A stretch of 64,000 bases of DNA from an uncultured Verrucomicrobiae bacterium (GCA_963813025.1 CAWEXO010000001.1:167786-231785), one strand, 5' to 3'. Shown: positions 19,110-29,855, counted from the stretch's first letter. Notes: generated from the sequence alone by a model not told the origin. A program made the numbers and translations.

Positions 19110-20488
19110 ATGAGCGATGACCCCCCCGCCTCGCCGTCGGTCGCCGATCCGGCGCTGCCACAATTCCGCAGTCATGGGAGGAGATTCACGATCGGCCGCA
19201 CCGCAACCAATGTGGGCGTCGCGCAGACAGCCGCCGTATCGCTCGTGGTCGGTATGATGACCTTAGTTATGCCACTCGCCGCTTGGGCGGCCGGCCCGGC
19301 AACCTATGGCGTCGATGACGGCACGCACATCACGCTGTGGTCACGAGCCGCCACACAAGCCCGAGCAGATGCGCTGGTCAAAGCTTACAACGCGACGCAC
19401 AAGAACCACATCGACGCCACATACGTCCCCACCGACGACTACCAGACCAAGGTCGGCGCCGCGGCGGCCGCTGGAGGGCTGCCGGACCTGTTCTCGGCCG
19501 ACGTCGTGTTCATGCCGAACTGGACCTCGGCGGGGCTGTTCACTGACATGACGGACAAGATCGCAACGCTGCCATTTGCTGCAAACATCGCCCAAGGCGC
19601 GATCAATGTGTCGACCTGGAAGGGCAAGAAATACGGTCTACCATTCGTCATCGATCTTTCCGTCTGGATGTACAACAAAAAGCTATTCAAGGCAGCCGGC
19701 CTCGATCCCAACAAGCCGCCAGAATACGCTGGCGGAGTTCGCGGCTGACGCCCGTGCAGTCGCAGAAGCTGGGAGGAAATGTCCACGGCACCTTCTTCGG
19801 CGGCGACTGCGGTGGCTGCGAAGTGTTCACCTGGTTCCCGATCGCATGGGCCGATGGCGAAACGGTGATGAACCCTGAAGGGACCGAGTCGCACCTCAAC
19901 AGCGAAGAAAACAAACGCATCTACGCGACCTTCCGCAGCCTTGTTGAGGATGGCACCGCGCTGATGCCCGACACCAAGACCGAGACCGGACCTACATGGA
20001 CCGGTTATTTCCCAAAGGGCAATATCGGCATCATGCCGATGCCGGCCAGTCTTCAGGGCATGGCTAACTCCTCGCTTGCGGATGCAGATATCGGGGTGAC
20101 CCCCATCGCCGGCCTTAAGGGTGGGCAAGCCACACTAGTCGGCGGCGACGCCATCGGGATTTCCAGAGATAGCAAAAAGGCCAACGCGGCCTGGAACTTC
20201 CTGGCCTGGATGGTCAGTGACGAGGCGCAGATCGAGGTTGTGGCCAAGGACGGCAACGTCCTCGCGCGTCCGGACCTCGCCAACAACAAGTACAGCGCGG
20301 CTGACCCGCGCCTTGTGACCTTCAACACGATCGCGGCAAAGGGTCAGACGCCCTTCGCGAAGGCCTTTGGGGCGACGTTTAACGATCCTCAGGGACCATG
20401 GCTCGTGCTGCTCCGTGATGCGGTGTTCGGCGACGCGAGCAAAATCGACGCGGACAACGCAGCCATAAACGCCTCTCTGAACCCGTAG
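19110..20488 (+). CDS. Sugar ABC transporter substrate-binding protein, frameshifted (two apparent +1 indels near 19720-19765)
   Basis: ORFs 19110-19748 and 19754-20488 join through the third frame 'PPNTLAEFAADARAV'; motifs GLPDLF, YGLPF..D....MYNK.LF..AG, VGGD.IGI. Confidence 0.85.
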
Positions 20489-20565
20489 CTGATCGGCGGC
20501 GTGGTGCGGTTCCATCCTCGCGACCCTCACCACGTTGACGACCCTCGAAAGACAAGGCGCCTTCA

Positions 20566-21513
20566 GTGGCCATGACTCCGGCGACACCTGACCACCGAGC
20601 GGCGCCAGCCGCTTGGTGGCGGCTTACCCGGTGGCGATACCGTCGGCTGATGGGCGTCGCCTATGCGGCGCCGACCGTCGTTTTCGTGGCCGTCTTTTTC
20701 ATAACGCCCCTGCTGCTCGTCGCCCGGATGTCCCTGAGCAGCTGGCCCCTTTTGACGGGAAATGGCGGTCTGAATTTCCCCAAGAACTACCTCTCCATCT
20801 GGAAGAACGCTCTGTTCGGGCCGGCCGTCGTCTTCACAATCGAATATACGCTCATCGTCACGGTCCTGCTTATCGGACTGGGCCTCGGTCTGGCCCTTCT
20901 GGTCCAGGAGCGCGGGCGATGGGTGGACATGCTGCGCACAGTAATCCTGCTGCCCGTATCACTTGGTCTGGCTGCGGCATCGCTGCTGTTCTGGGGTTTC
21001 TATTCGCCCTCAATCGGGCCGATCAATCCAATCCTCGAGCAGCTGGGACTAATCCACGACCCCATCTCATTTCTTGGAACGTCCCTGAGCGCGCTGCTGT
21101 CCACGAGCTTCTTGATCGTCTGGAAATACTCTGGGCTGTACATGCTTATCTTCCTTGTCGGGCTGCAGGCCATTCCGGACGATCTCTTTGAGGCGGCCGC
21201 CCTTGACGGCGCCAGCCGTATTCAAGTTTTCCGACACATAACGTTGCCGCTGCTCCGGCCGTCGCTTGCACTGGCGCTCATCCTGTGCGTGACCGGTTCT
21301 CTCCTCGCGTTTGACCAGTTCTACATCTTGACCAAGGGCGCGCCGGACAACAGCACAGTCACGGTCGTCCAACTGATCTACCGCGAGGCGTTCCAGAAAC
21401 AGAACCTGGGCACTTCCGCGGCCATCTCGATCATGGTCCTGGTGGCGCTCCTTGTGCTTAACGCGGTCCAGTTCCGCTACCTCCGCAGCTCAGAATCGGG
21501 TCTGAAGCGATGA
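20566..21513 (+). CDS. Carbohydrate ABC transporter permease
   Basis: 'EAAALDGASRIQVFRHITLPLL', 'LAFDQFYILTKG.P'. Confidence 0.9.
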   Translation: MAMTPATPDHRAAPAAWWRLTRWRYRRLMGVAYAAPTVVFVAVFFITPLLLVARMSLSSWPLLTGNGGLNFPKNYLSIWKNALFGPAVVFTIEYTLIVTVLLIGLGLGLALLVQERGRWVDMLRTVILLPVSLGLAAASLLFWGFYSPSIGPINPILEQLGLIHDPISFLGTSLSALLSTSFLIVWKYSGLYMLIFLVGLQAIPDDLFEAAALDGASRIQVFRHITLPLLRPSLALALILCVTGSLLAFDQFYILTKGAPDNSTVTVVQLIYREAFQKQNLGTSAAISIMVLVALLVLNAVQFRYLRSSESGLKR

Positions 21514-22340
21514 CCACGACGCGCACGGGAACGCTAGGCCGCACCCCGTACTATGTGCTGACGGGGGGGGTGGCGATCATCTTCCTGTTCCCCCTGCTGT
21601 GGAGTCTGGCGGCCTCCGTAAGCCCGCAGGCCTCCACCGGACAGGTGAACGGCTTCGGTCTGGGGAACTACACCACGCTCTTCAACTACGGTGCAGGGCT
21701 GGTCCAGTTTCTGATCAACAGCACCTACGTAGCGCTCCTTACGGTCGCGATCACTCTGGCGGTGTCGACCCTTGGCGGGTATGCCTTCGCCAGGTTCAGG
21801 TTTCCGGGTCGAGAGGCGTTGTTCCTGTTGACGCTGTCCATCTTGATGGTCCCGTACGCGACGCTGCTCATCCCGCTATATGTGCTCCTCAATCGCCTTG
21901 GGCTGCAGAATTCCCTGATTGGCCTCAGCTTGGTGCTGGCGATGTTCCAGCTCCCGTTTGCCACGTACATGATGCGTATCTCGTTTGAAGCGGTGCCGCG
22001 CGAGCTGGAGGAATCCGCACTGGTGGACGGCTGCGGCACGTTCAGCGTCCTGTGGCGAATCCTCCTTCCCTCGGTGCGCCCCGGGCTCATCACAGTGGGC
22101 CTGTTCGCCTTCCTGGCGGCATGGAGCGACTTCTTAGCTCCCCTCATCCTGCTAACCGACAGCGCAAAGCAGACCCTGCCGCTCGCGGTGGCCAACCTGC
22201 GGCAGCAGACGATGGGCGCCATCGACTACGGTGCCACGGAGGCTGGGGTCGTGGTGATGGCCGTCCCTTGCCTGATCCTGTTCCTGCTGCTGCAACGGTA
22301 CTACGTGCGTGGTTTCATGTCCGGAGCCGTCAAGGGTTAA
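21510..22340 (+). CDS. Carbohydrate ABC transporter permease
   Basis: 'GYAFARFRFPG', 'ELEESALVDG', 'GFMSGAVKG'. Confidence 0.9.
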   Translation: MTTTRTGTLGRTPYYVLTGGVAIIFLFPLLWSLAASVSPQASTGQVNGFGLGNYTTLFNYGAGLVQFLINSTYVALLTVAITLAVSTLGGYAFARFRFPGREALFLLTLSILMVPYATLLIPLYVLLNRLGLQNSLIGLSLVLAMFQLPFATYMMRISFEAVPRELEESALVDGCGTFSVLWRILLPSVRPGLITVGLFAFLAAWSDFLAPLILLTDSAKQTLPLAVANLRQQTMGAIDYGATEAGVVVMAVPCLILFLLLQRYYVRGFMSGAVKG

Positions 22341-22469
22341 CCCCGGCGCGGGGCTGCGGCGAGCGAAAATCCGGGCCAGGATTGCCTGATTGGCCCGATT
22401 GCTGCGAGAATTTCAAGAGCGCAGTGGATCTGGCATGCGCCCGACACAGACTACAGCGAAGCTAGAATC

Positions 22470-22930
22470 TTCCCCCCTTCAGGGCGAGACGGCGAGGGCA
22501 CGTTTTTCCCGGGGTTAAAACCCGCGGGCTGAGTCCTGCAGTCCCTTCGGGACCAAAGTCCGACACCGGCATCTTGGATCTGTCGGACTTTGGGTAATCT
22601 GTAGGCGCGCAATCGAGGTACCGTTCGGAAGGGAGGTTAGAAACGTGTCCCAACGCGTCTTGGCTCCGTGTTGGTAGGGCGAAAATTCATTCGAGCGCCA
22701 GGCGAGAACTTGTTTGAGCCGTCTGGAGTGGGTGGCTCATCCCAGCGTCCGGCTCGAATAAAGAGATTGTCTCGCAAACACCAACGTCGGTAGGGTCAAG
22801 CTCCCGCTTGACCTCCTTGGTGTTGGATCAATCTGGATCCGGACGAGCTGGAGCTCGTCCCTACCGCCAATCGCTTGATGGCGCGCTACGAATTACCCCA
22901 AAGTCCGACACCGGCATCTTGCCGGTGAAT
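22470..22930. repeat. REP/MITE cluster including a TGTCGGACTTTGG...CCAAAGTCCGACA bounded element (22581-22911)
   Basis: CCGGGGTTAAAACCC-type repeat at about 22508; terminal inverted repeats of about 30 bp enclosing GGTAGGG-type palindromes. Confidence 0.8.
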
Positions 22931-22931
22931 C

Positions 22932-25900
22932 TCAAACGTTTCCGATCACCTTGGCGCATTCCAGGAACCGGCAAAACGCATTGGCCAACATCATTTGCCT
23001 TGGCGTCTTGCATTCCACATCGAATAAAGCCGGGCTGGCGACCAGGACGACAATACATCGCGCGCGCGAGATGGCGACGTTCAGCCGGTTGGAACTGTAC
23101 AAGAATTCCATGCCGCGCGCAGCATCCTTGGGCGTAGAGGTAGCCATGGAATAGAAGACCACCGGAGCTTCTTGTCCCTGAAACTTGTCGACGGTGCCAA
23201 CCCTTGACCCGGCGGCCAATCGCGCCCGGAGCTTGGCTACCTGGACGTTGTAAGGCGCCACGATCAGGATGTCTTCCGAGGTGAGCGAGCGGATCGCGCC
23301 GTTCTTGTCGGTGTAGGTCGGGCCGGCCCCGAGTAGACCGTCGATCAGCGCTGCGATGCGATCCACTTCCTCCGGTGATTCGCTCCGGTTTCCCTCATGC
23401 ACAACCGGAACGAACCGGAGGCCGGTGCCGTCCAGCGGCCCATGGACGTTAATCCGTTGCCGTTCGTTTTCCGGCCGCGGCTGTAGCCGACCCTCGTAAA
23501 ACGTTTGTGAGGTAAAGACACAAACATCCGGGTGCAACCGGTAGGTTTCAGCGAGGAATAAGCCTTGTTCCGGGCTGATTGTTTCGTGACCCTGCAGCAG
23601 GTGACTGAACGCGGTGCCGTCCGCGCCCAACGGATGGACCCCTTTCTGCGGCTGCTCAAGCTGTTGCGGGTCACCCAGCAAGACCAGGCTCGTCGCAGCC
23701 GGTGACACCGCCAAAACGTTGGCCAACGACATCTGGGCGGCTTCGTCCACGAAAAGGACGTCGATCGATTCGATCATTTCTTCCGCTGCCCAAAGCCACG
23801 CCGTGCCTGCGCCGATCTGCGCTTTGCCATTCCGAAAAAGCTCGAGCACCCGGGCGTTGCTCGTTGCCTGCGAAACAGCGGGATGTTGACACTGATCTTT
23901 CCCGTCCGCTTTCTGCACAACCCGGAGCGACACGCTCGTTTTTTCTCCAACCCGACAAATTTCTTCCAAGAGGTTACTGATCACCTTGTGGCTGTTGGCC
24001 GTGACGCCGACCCGAAAGCCGTTTTTGACCAGCTCAAGAATCATGCGTGCACCCACGAAGGTCTTGCCCGCACCCGGCGGTCCTTGGACCGGCAAAACTG
24101 TCGGCTGTCTGGCAAGAGACAACACGAGGCTCCTGGCAGCGGAGGTGAGCTGCCCGTTTTCGTCACAAAAGGAGCCCAGCCGGCCTCCAAGCAATTGAGG
24201 CGGGCGCCCAAGCAGGAGATCACGTGCCGCTTGGAATGGGCCGGGCGCTTCCAGTCCGTTCTCGGCCACCCAGGCGCCTAACTGAAGCAAGCTCTCGACT
24301 TGAGCTTCGGCCCCGACGATGTCTTTCGGAATCAAGGCAGTTGGTTGCGGAACCTGCGAACGAATGTCTCGCTTGAGGTCGATGGTCCCCGCTCCCTCGT
24401 CAATCCGCATGATCTTTCCGGCCGCTTTTTCAGTCGCTGGGTTCCAACCCGTTTCACTAACCTTGAATGGATGGTCCTGGGTAGGAAACGCATAACGATG
24501 GATCAGCGACCTTTTTTCTTTTCCAACCGGTCCTTGGTAGATGAGGCCGCCGAGCGCGTTTCGGTCCTCGATCAGTTCTTCGGTCGACAATTCCCGAAGC
24601 CGAAAGTATTCCCACCAAACAGATTTATCTTCGCGCCGATGCCACTCCAGCAGTTGGGCGAGGAGCCAGCGCCGGGATTCGGCTTTGGTCCAAGCGCCGT
24701 CTTCCAATAACCCTTTCAGCAGTCGAGCTTCAACGTCCCGAGTGCGACGGAGCTGCTCAGATAACGCTTCGCTGGCCGCGCCCGACTTTGGGACAGGTCT
24801 CGGCAGCGTTTGTCCGGAACTCAATTCCGAGGCGCGTCGCTGCTCCTCCAACCAATCGCGCAACCGCATGGCGGAGAAACAGTCGTCGCGATTGTACGCC
24901 TCGACGGTCGCAAGAATTTCCTCGGGAATGTCCTCGCTGTCACTGAGGGTCAAGGCAGTTTCCAAGGTTTGCAGAGCCAGATTCGCTTCCCGCAACGGCG
25001 TGGTTCGAACAAATCCGTAGAGCGGTTCAAGCTTTTTTATCGAATAGCTTTCGACCGATGCGCGTAAAGCCTGGCGGACGACCCGGTAAAGGTCGACCAA
25101 CACTTCAGCTCGGAGAAGCTCGTCGACTTGATCTATGCAAACGGCATGGCGTCCCGCCAGCTGTTTGATGGCGGTCGGTTCAGCCGGGGCGTAATGATAG
25201 ATGTGCAGACCGGGACAATTCTTGAGGCGGTCCATTACCCGAGTGATGAATTCTTCGAAAGCGGGCTTCTCCGCCTTCGGATCCAGTGACCAGCGCGACT
25301 GATATTGCGGTTGACCGCCAAGACCGTCATCGAGCGTGACAAGGCCAGTGAGATATTCCAGGCCCGTGTCGAACGCATAGGGCACGGATTCGAAATCGAG
25401 AAAAATATCGCCCGGCGAAGGCAATGGCAGAGAGGCTAACCCTTCGCCGTCTTTCACCGGACTGAAAAGTTCGTAAATCGCTTTTCCCTGTTCGCGACCT
25501 GCAACCTGAAGACGGGCTTGTTCACGGATCCGGGTAAACGATTGCTTGCCGATGCCCTTGATCCCGGGTTCCGGCGCCAGGTTGCCGAGTTGGGCAAGTC
25601 TCTCGACACCGGCGGAGGTTAACGCCCGTCGCTGATTCCAGGTTATCCCTGCGACCAACGACAGATGGTCATCGGCCCGCCGGCGTTGATCACAAACTTG
25701 AAACCAGTCACAAACATCGCAGAGCGCAACCGGCTCAGGATAAGTGATTTCCTCTGTTCGGGACGCTTCCAGGAAATCGCGTTTCACTTTCCGGAAGAAA
25801 GCGATGTACTGCGCGAGAAGGAACGGCTCTTCGATTCCTCCTTTCAGCACTACCTTCATCCAAGTTGGTTCGATTCCCTGGATTTTGGCCAAGAGCTCTG

Positions 25901-26330
25901 AGTAAAAACAGAGCTGCAGAATTGCCCGGGTCTTGGCCGATCGCGCCAGCTTGGTCTCGACCACCTCGTAGGAAAAATTTCCGAGCAGACTTGGGGCACT
26001 GACTTTTCGCAACAAATCGGAGCGCCCTCGCCAATCGCCGTCCTGAAAGGTTGCCTGGTACACGACATCAATACCTGAGCGAATCGCTTCAATCGTTTCC
26101 GTAGTCGCTTCGGACCAGGGTGCCGCAGTTGAAATTTCCGCGATCCGCAGCCCTTGATCTCTGAGACGTTCGAGAAAGCCTTTTTCATGCCGGTTGCCCA
26201 GTTCCTGCAGCAATTCCACACCGCGATCAGGCGCGTAGGGCTGTTTGATCGTTCCGGCTGTCTGAGCTCGCTGCAAAGTTAGCAGGTGCCGGCAAGCGAG
26301 GAAATTGGCGATGTCAGTGGCAGAGGCCAT
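22932..26330 (-). CDS. TM0106 family RecB-like nuclease / RNase H-like / SF1 (DNA2/NAM7-type) helicase
   Basis: SATDIANFLACRH; G.SDLL...YEVVETKLA...LQLCFYS nuclease; IFLDFE, HYA.AE, SYSIKKLE, YNRDDC; Walker A GPPGAGKT, VDEAAQ, LGDPQQL, YRLHP, APYN.QV, TVDKFQGQE, RLNVAISRA. Start taken at ATG 26330 because the upstream ORF extension runs into repeat sequence. Confidence 0.92.
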   Translation of the reverse strand: MASATDIANFLACRHLLTLQRAQTAGTIKQPYAPDRGVELLQELGNRHEKGFLERLRDQGLRIAEISTAAPWSEATTETIEAIRSGIDVVYQATFQDGDWRGRSDLLRKVSAPSLLGNFSYEVVETKLARSAKTRAILQLCFYSELLAKIQGIEPTWMKVVLKGGIEEPFLLAQYIAFFRKVKRDFLEASRTEEITYPEPVALCDVCDWFQVCDQRRRADDHLSLVAGITWNQRRALTSAGVERLAQLGNLAPEPGIKGIGKQSFTRIREQARLQVAGREQGKAIYELFSPVKDGEGLASLPLPSPGDIFLDFESVPYAFDTGLEYLTGLVTLDDGLGGQPQYQSRWSLDPKAEKPAFEEFITRVMDRLKNCPGLHIYHYAPAEPTAIKQLAGRHAVCIDQVDELLRAEVLVDLYRVVRQALRASVESYSIKKLEPLYGFVRTTPLREANLALQTLETALTLSDSEDIPEEILATVEAYNRDDCFSAMRLRDWLEEQRRASELSSGQTLPRPVPKSGAASEALSEQLRRTRDVEARLLKGLLEDGAWTKAESRRWLLAQLLEWHRREDKSVWWEYFRLRELSTEELIEDRNALGGLIYQGPVGKEKRSLIHRYAFPTQDHPFKVSETGWNPATEKAAGKIMRIDEGAGTIDLKRDIRSQVPQPTALIPKDIVGAEAQVESLLQLGAWVAENGLEAPGPFQAARDLLLGRPPQLLGGRLGSFCDENGQLTSAARSLVLSLARQPTVLPVQGPPGAGKTFVGARMILELVKNGFRVGVTANSHKVISNLLEEICRVGEKTSVSLRVVQKADGKDQCQHPAVSQATSNARVLELFRNGKAQIGAGTAWLWAAEEMIESIDVLFVDEAAQMSLANVLAVSPAATSLVLLGDPQQLEQPQKGVHPLGADGTAFSHLLQGHETISPEQGLFLAETYRLHPDVCVFTSQTFYEGRLQPRPENERQRINVHGPLDGTGLRFVPVVHEGNRSESPEEVDRIAALIDGLLGAGPTYTDKNGAIRSLTSEDILIVAPYNVQVAKLRARLAAGSRVGTVDKFQGQEAPVVFYSMATSTPKDAARGMEFLYSSNRLNVAISRARCIVVLVASPALFDVECKTPRQMMLANAFCRFLECAKVIGNV

Positions 26331-26472
26331 GGGACGACCTTTTGCGTTTGGCGCTTCACGTTGAGACAACACAAAAGTCGCCCCTATCAGGACCATTGTC
26401 ATTCGCGCAGAGGTCACGGAGCACACGGAGCGCGGCGCAGCCGCAACCAAAGCATCCGCGCAGACTCCACTG

Positions 26473-26822
26473 ACAGGCTGGAAACCTCCGCGACTTTACC
26501 GGCGTCACACCGGCATCTTGGGCGTGTCGGACTTTGGAAATCTGTGGTACGCCACCGCGTGATCGGCGGTAGGGATGAGCTCCTGCTCGTCCCGATTTAG
26601 ACGTGATCCAACATTAAGGAGGTCAAGCAGGAGCTTGACCCTACCGACCTGGGGTGTCGTGAGGCAGCCTCTTTAATTCGCGCCTACCGGCGCTGGACCA
26701 AAGACCCGTTGGGACAAGTCGCTAAGCTCCCTTCTGAACCATAGCTCGACTGCGCGCGCCACAGATTTCCAAAGTCCGACAGACCCAAGATGCCGGTGTC
26801 ACGGCGGGAAGTGGCACAAGCA
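26473..26822. mobile_element. MITE-like element with long terminal inverted repeats, centred in a CACCGGCATCTT/AAGATGCCGGTG REP
   Basis: Left arm GTCACACCGGCATCTTGGGCGTGTCGGACTTTGGAAATCTGTGG versus reverse complement of right arm GTGACACCGGCATCTTGGGTCTGTCGGACTTTGGAAATCTGTGG (44 bp, 3 mismatches). Confidence 0.75.
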
Positions 26823-27021
26823 CCGTTGCACTTGCCTCAGCGGGTAAATCGATGGAGATTCTTTTCACTCACGAGGAACTGCGTAGAATCGAGTCGCGGA
26901 ATGATCGCGGCCACGGCTGAAGTGGCACCTTGGATAAAAGAAAAAATCTTGTGAGGCAGCGGATCAATTTTCTCCATTCCCGGAACAACGAAAGCAGAGA
27001 TAAGACACCCAACCCAAAAAT

Positions 27022-27414
27022 ATGGACCCCACACAGACCAAACATGGCCAGTTTAGCTGGAATGAACTCTTGACCACTGATCCGAGCGCGGCGACCAAGT
27101 TTTATACACAGCTGTTCGGATGGACTACTCAGGATTTTCCAATGCCCGAGTTCACCTACACGGTTGTGAAGCAAAGCGGAGCTGACATGGGCCAAGGTGG
27201 GATAATGGCGATACCGCCGCACGCGAAGGGAATGCCTCCTGCTTGGTTCAGCTATGTGACGGTAGACAATGTCGATGCGACCGCGAAACAGGCAGAACAG
27301 CTCGGCGGGAAAATCGTACTAGGGCCGCAGGATATCCCCCAAGTGGGACGCTTTGCCGTAATCCAGGATCCGCAGGGTGCCACCATTTGCATCATTACTT
27401 ACCTGAAGAAATAG
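27022..27414 (+). CDS. VOC family protein
   Basis: GQFSWNELLTTDP.AA..FY..LFGW...PPAW.SY.TV..VD...GG......DIP.VGRFA.I.DPQGA. Confidence 0.9.
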   Translation: MDPTQTKHGQFSWNELLTTDPSAATKFYTQLFGWTTQDFPMPEFTYTVVKQSGADMGQGGIMAIPPHAKGMPPAWFSYVTVDNVDATAKQAEQLGGKIVLGPQDIPQVGRFAVIQDPQGATICIITYLKK

Positions 27415-27648
27415 ACGCCGCCCCGTTGGGCGAAGCCAGCTCGCCGGACGAGCAGGAGCTCATCCCTACCGTCCATCGCTTGATGGCGTACTTACAGATT
27501 TCCAAGGTCTGACAGACCCTTCCCGCCTGTCAGTGAACTCTGCGCGGCTGCTTTGGTTGTGGCTACGCCGCGCTGTGATCTTCGCGCCCTTCTGTGCAGA
27601 ATCCGTTTCGCGTTTCCGATTTCCAGGAAATGGTGAAGCTTTGCTCAG

Positions 27649-28176
27649 CTAGCTACCTTCCTGCGGGAAGGTCCAGAACTGGTCCGGCGAGAGGTTGAGG
27701 ATAGGACAATTTCCAAGCTCCAGGATGAAATTCAGCTTCGGTTCGGTGTCGAGGTAGTAATGAAAATCGGTGGTGAATTGGCCGGTCTGGGTTACGCCGA
27801 TACCTTTTTCGCGATATTCCTGGAGCACAGATTGCGTCGACTCCTCGTCGATCCGCTCCTTGATGTGGTGCAGACCTTCCCCGTGTTCACGGATGAATGC
27901 CTCGTAAATCGTTGGCCCGTAGACTGGCTCGATGAGCTCGAGTTGCATGTCACCCAGCCAGGAGATGCCGATCAGAAATTTGAAAGGTTCGGTAACCCGT
28001 TGGTCGTTGACTTTCAAATAGACCATTGATTTCTCGGTAAAGGTCAGAACCGTCCACGGCCCGATTTTGAGGTTGTCGACCCAAGCGTGCATGCTCTTTT
28101 CCAGGTTTCGCGTGACCCAGGCGATCTGATAAATCTTACGTTTCTGATTAAACTTCCGCAGCTCTTCGTTCGTCAT
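27649..28176 (-). CDS. VOC family protein (methylmalonyl-CoA epimerase-like)
   Basis: QIAWV.R.LE......LKIGPW, MQLELIEP..GPTIY..F...GEGLHHI, YYLDT....FILEL. Confidence 0.85.
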   Translation of the reverse strand: MTNEELRKFNQKRKIYQIAWVTRNLEKSMHAWVDNLKIGPWTVLTFTEKSMVYLKVNDQRVTEPFKFLIGISWLGDMQLELIEPVYGPTIYEAFIREHGEGLHHIKERIDEESTQSVLQEYREKGIGVTQTGQFTTDFHYYLDTEPKLNFILELGNCPILNLSPDQFWTFPQEGS

Positions 28177-28359
28177 GGCGTACCATTCAGTCTAGAACGA
28201 AATGTGGCCAACCGTCCAGCTCGAGGGTTGTTCGGCGGAAGGCGTCTCACGTTTCACGTTTCGCGCCGGGCTCAGCATTTTAGTCGTTGATCACCGATTC
28301 CAACAAGCCGCGAGTGAACCCCGCGTTCGGCAATTCAAATCCCTCCGTACCTGCTGTCC

Positions 28360-28535
28360 TGGAAATCTTGTTTTCCTGCGCGGGTTCAGGAGGAGCTGAA
28401 CAGTTTGAAGGTTCACCGGCAAGATGCCGGTGTCACGGCGGAAAGTGGCACAGGCTTCCAGCCTGTCAGTGGAGTCTGCGCCGACGCTGTGGTTGCGGCT
28501 CCGTCGCGCTGTGATCTTCGCGGCCTTCTGTGCAC
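28360..28535 (+). repeat. REP unit AATCTTGTTTTCCTGC...GAGCTGAACAGTTTGAAGGTTCACCGGCAAGATGCCGGTGTCACGGCGGAAAGTGGCACAGGCTTCCAGCCTG
   Basis: Near-identical copies at about 39435-39585 and 46596-46690; partial or inverted copies at 26430-26520, 38010-38033, 54129-54150 and 58060-58110. Confidence 0.85.
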
Positions 28536-28884
28536 AATACGTTTCGCGTCTTAGGTTTCGCGGGAAGGCGATGGTCAGCTGGGTTCGCATATTGTTGCTT
28601 CGAACAAGCACGGCCATATGGAAGACTCGTCCCGTGAAGGATTTCCTCACAGAAGACCACAGCGCGGCATAGCCGCAAACCAAATCCATTCTGTCGTCTC
28701 GGAGATACTGCTGAAAATGGGCCAGCATGCACTCGCAGCAATTCACCCGGAAGGAGTATTGATCCGGCCGTAGTTTTTAAAATATGAGATCTGTGTGGAG
28801 CACCATTTCAAGTCAACGCGGTTTCTCCTAAAAATACACCGTCCGCACAGAGCGCAAAAAAGCTCGTCACTGTCCGAATCTACA

Positions 28885-29855
28885 ATGAAATGCATTGCGC
28901 TGTGTTTGCTGCTTCTTACTCAGATATCGGCACTATGTCAGACAGTGAAGCCGCTTTCTGGTTTTTCACGGCTCAAGGATGAATTAGGCCCAACTTCTAA
29001 AGAGCTTCAAATGGAAGCGTTTAGTAGCTTGAGCAAGCGGGATCCACTGGAATTCGATTTGTCAAAACCCACTCCAGGATCGGTATCTGGGAGATCAACG
29101 CCGACGGGAAACAATAGTTTCACTCAACGGTTAGAAAGGCAGTCCATCTTCCCTCTCCAAACCCCGTTCCGCAGGTTGGTCAACAGCAAACTACGATTGG
29201 CCAGCAGCACACGCCAAAAACGATTACGGTCAGTCCAATTGACACTCAGGAGGACTGGCAAGCTCTGATGGCAAAAAGTCCATACCATTTTAATTCTTCC
29301 AGGCCTGGCGTTGCCAGGGTTAACCAATCTTCCAGCCCTTCCCCCTCTCCTGGTGCAATATTTCTCCATCATAAGGACGACGCCTTCGCAGTTTTCGAAA
29401 AATCAGCGACGATTAATCCTGCGCGCCCTACTCTTAGCAGTTCCGTGCCCGACGTGGTTCTCAGCAATAAAATAGGCGACCTACCTGCCGCGAGTCCGAA
29501 CTCACAAGTAACCGAGCCCAGCTTCCTGGAGACGCACGCGGATAAGTTTATGTCGGCGTCCGGATTTGGCGCGAGCGCAACGGGCTGGCAACTATATAGA
29601 CTGGGTACTGACGCGAATGCCGCCAAGGACGCCGCGACACTGCTGAAAAAGATCGGATTCGGGGAAGCCTTCTCTGAAGAAGCCGTCAACATTGCCAAAG
29701 TATTGGCAGAGTCGCGGGCCGGTGGAAAGTTTGCCTTGGGTTTAATTGTAGTTGGTGGTGGGGTGGCGTTTTACAAGTTCTGGTTTGGACACGATGGAGC
29801 CGCCCACAAGGAAGGCGTTTACATCAAGCCTTCGCCATCTCCCTCCCCGCATTAA
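28885..29855 (+). CDS. Hypothetical secreted protein, probably one gene with a frameshift near 29130
   Basis: Signal peptide MKCIALCLLLLTQISALC. The frame upstream of ORF 29268 stays open as AVHLPSPNPVPQVGQQQ...DWQALMAKS. C-terminal Gly-rich hydrophobic helix and PSPSPSP tail. Confidence 0.5.
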
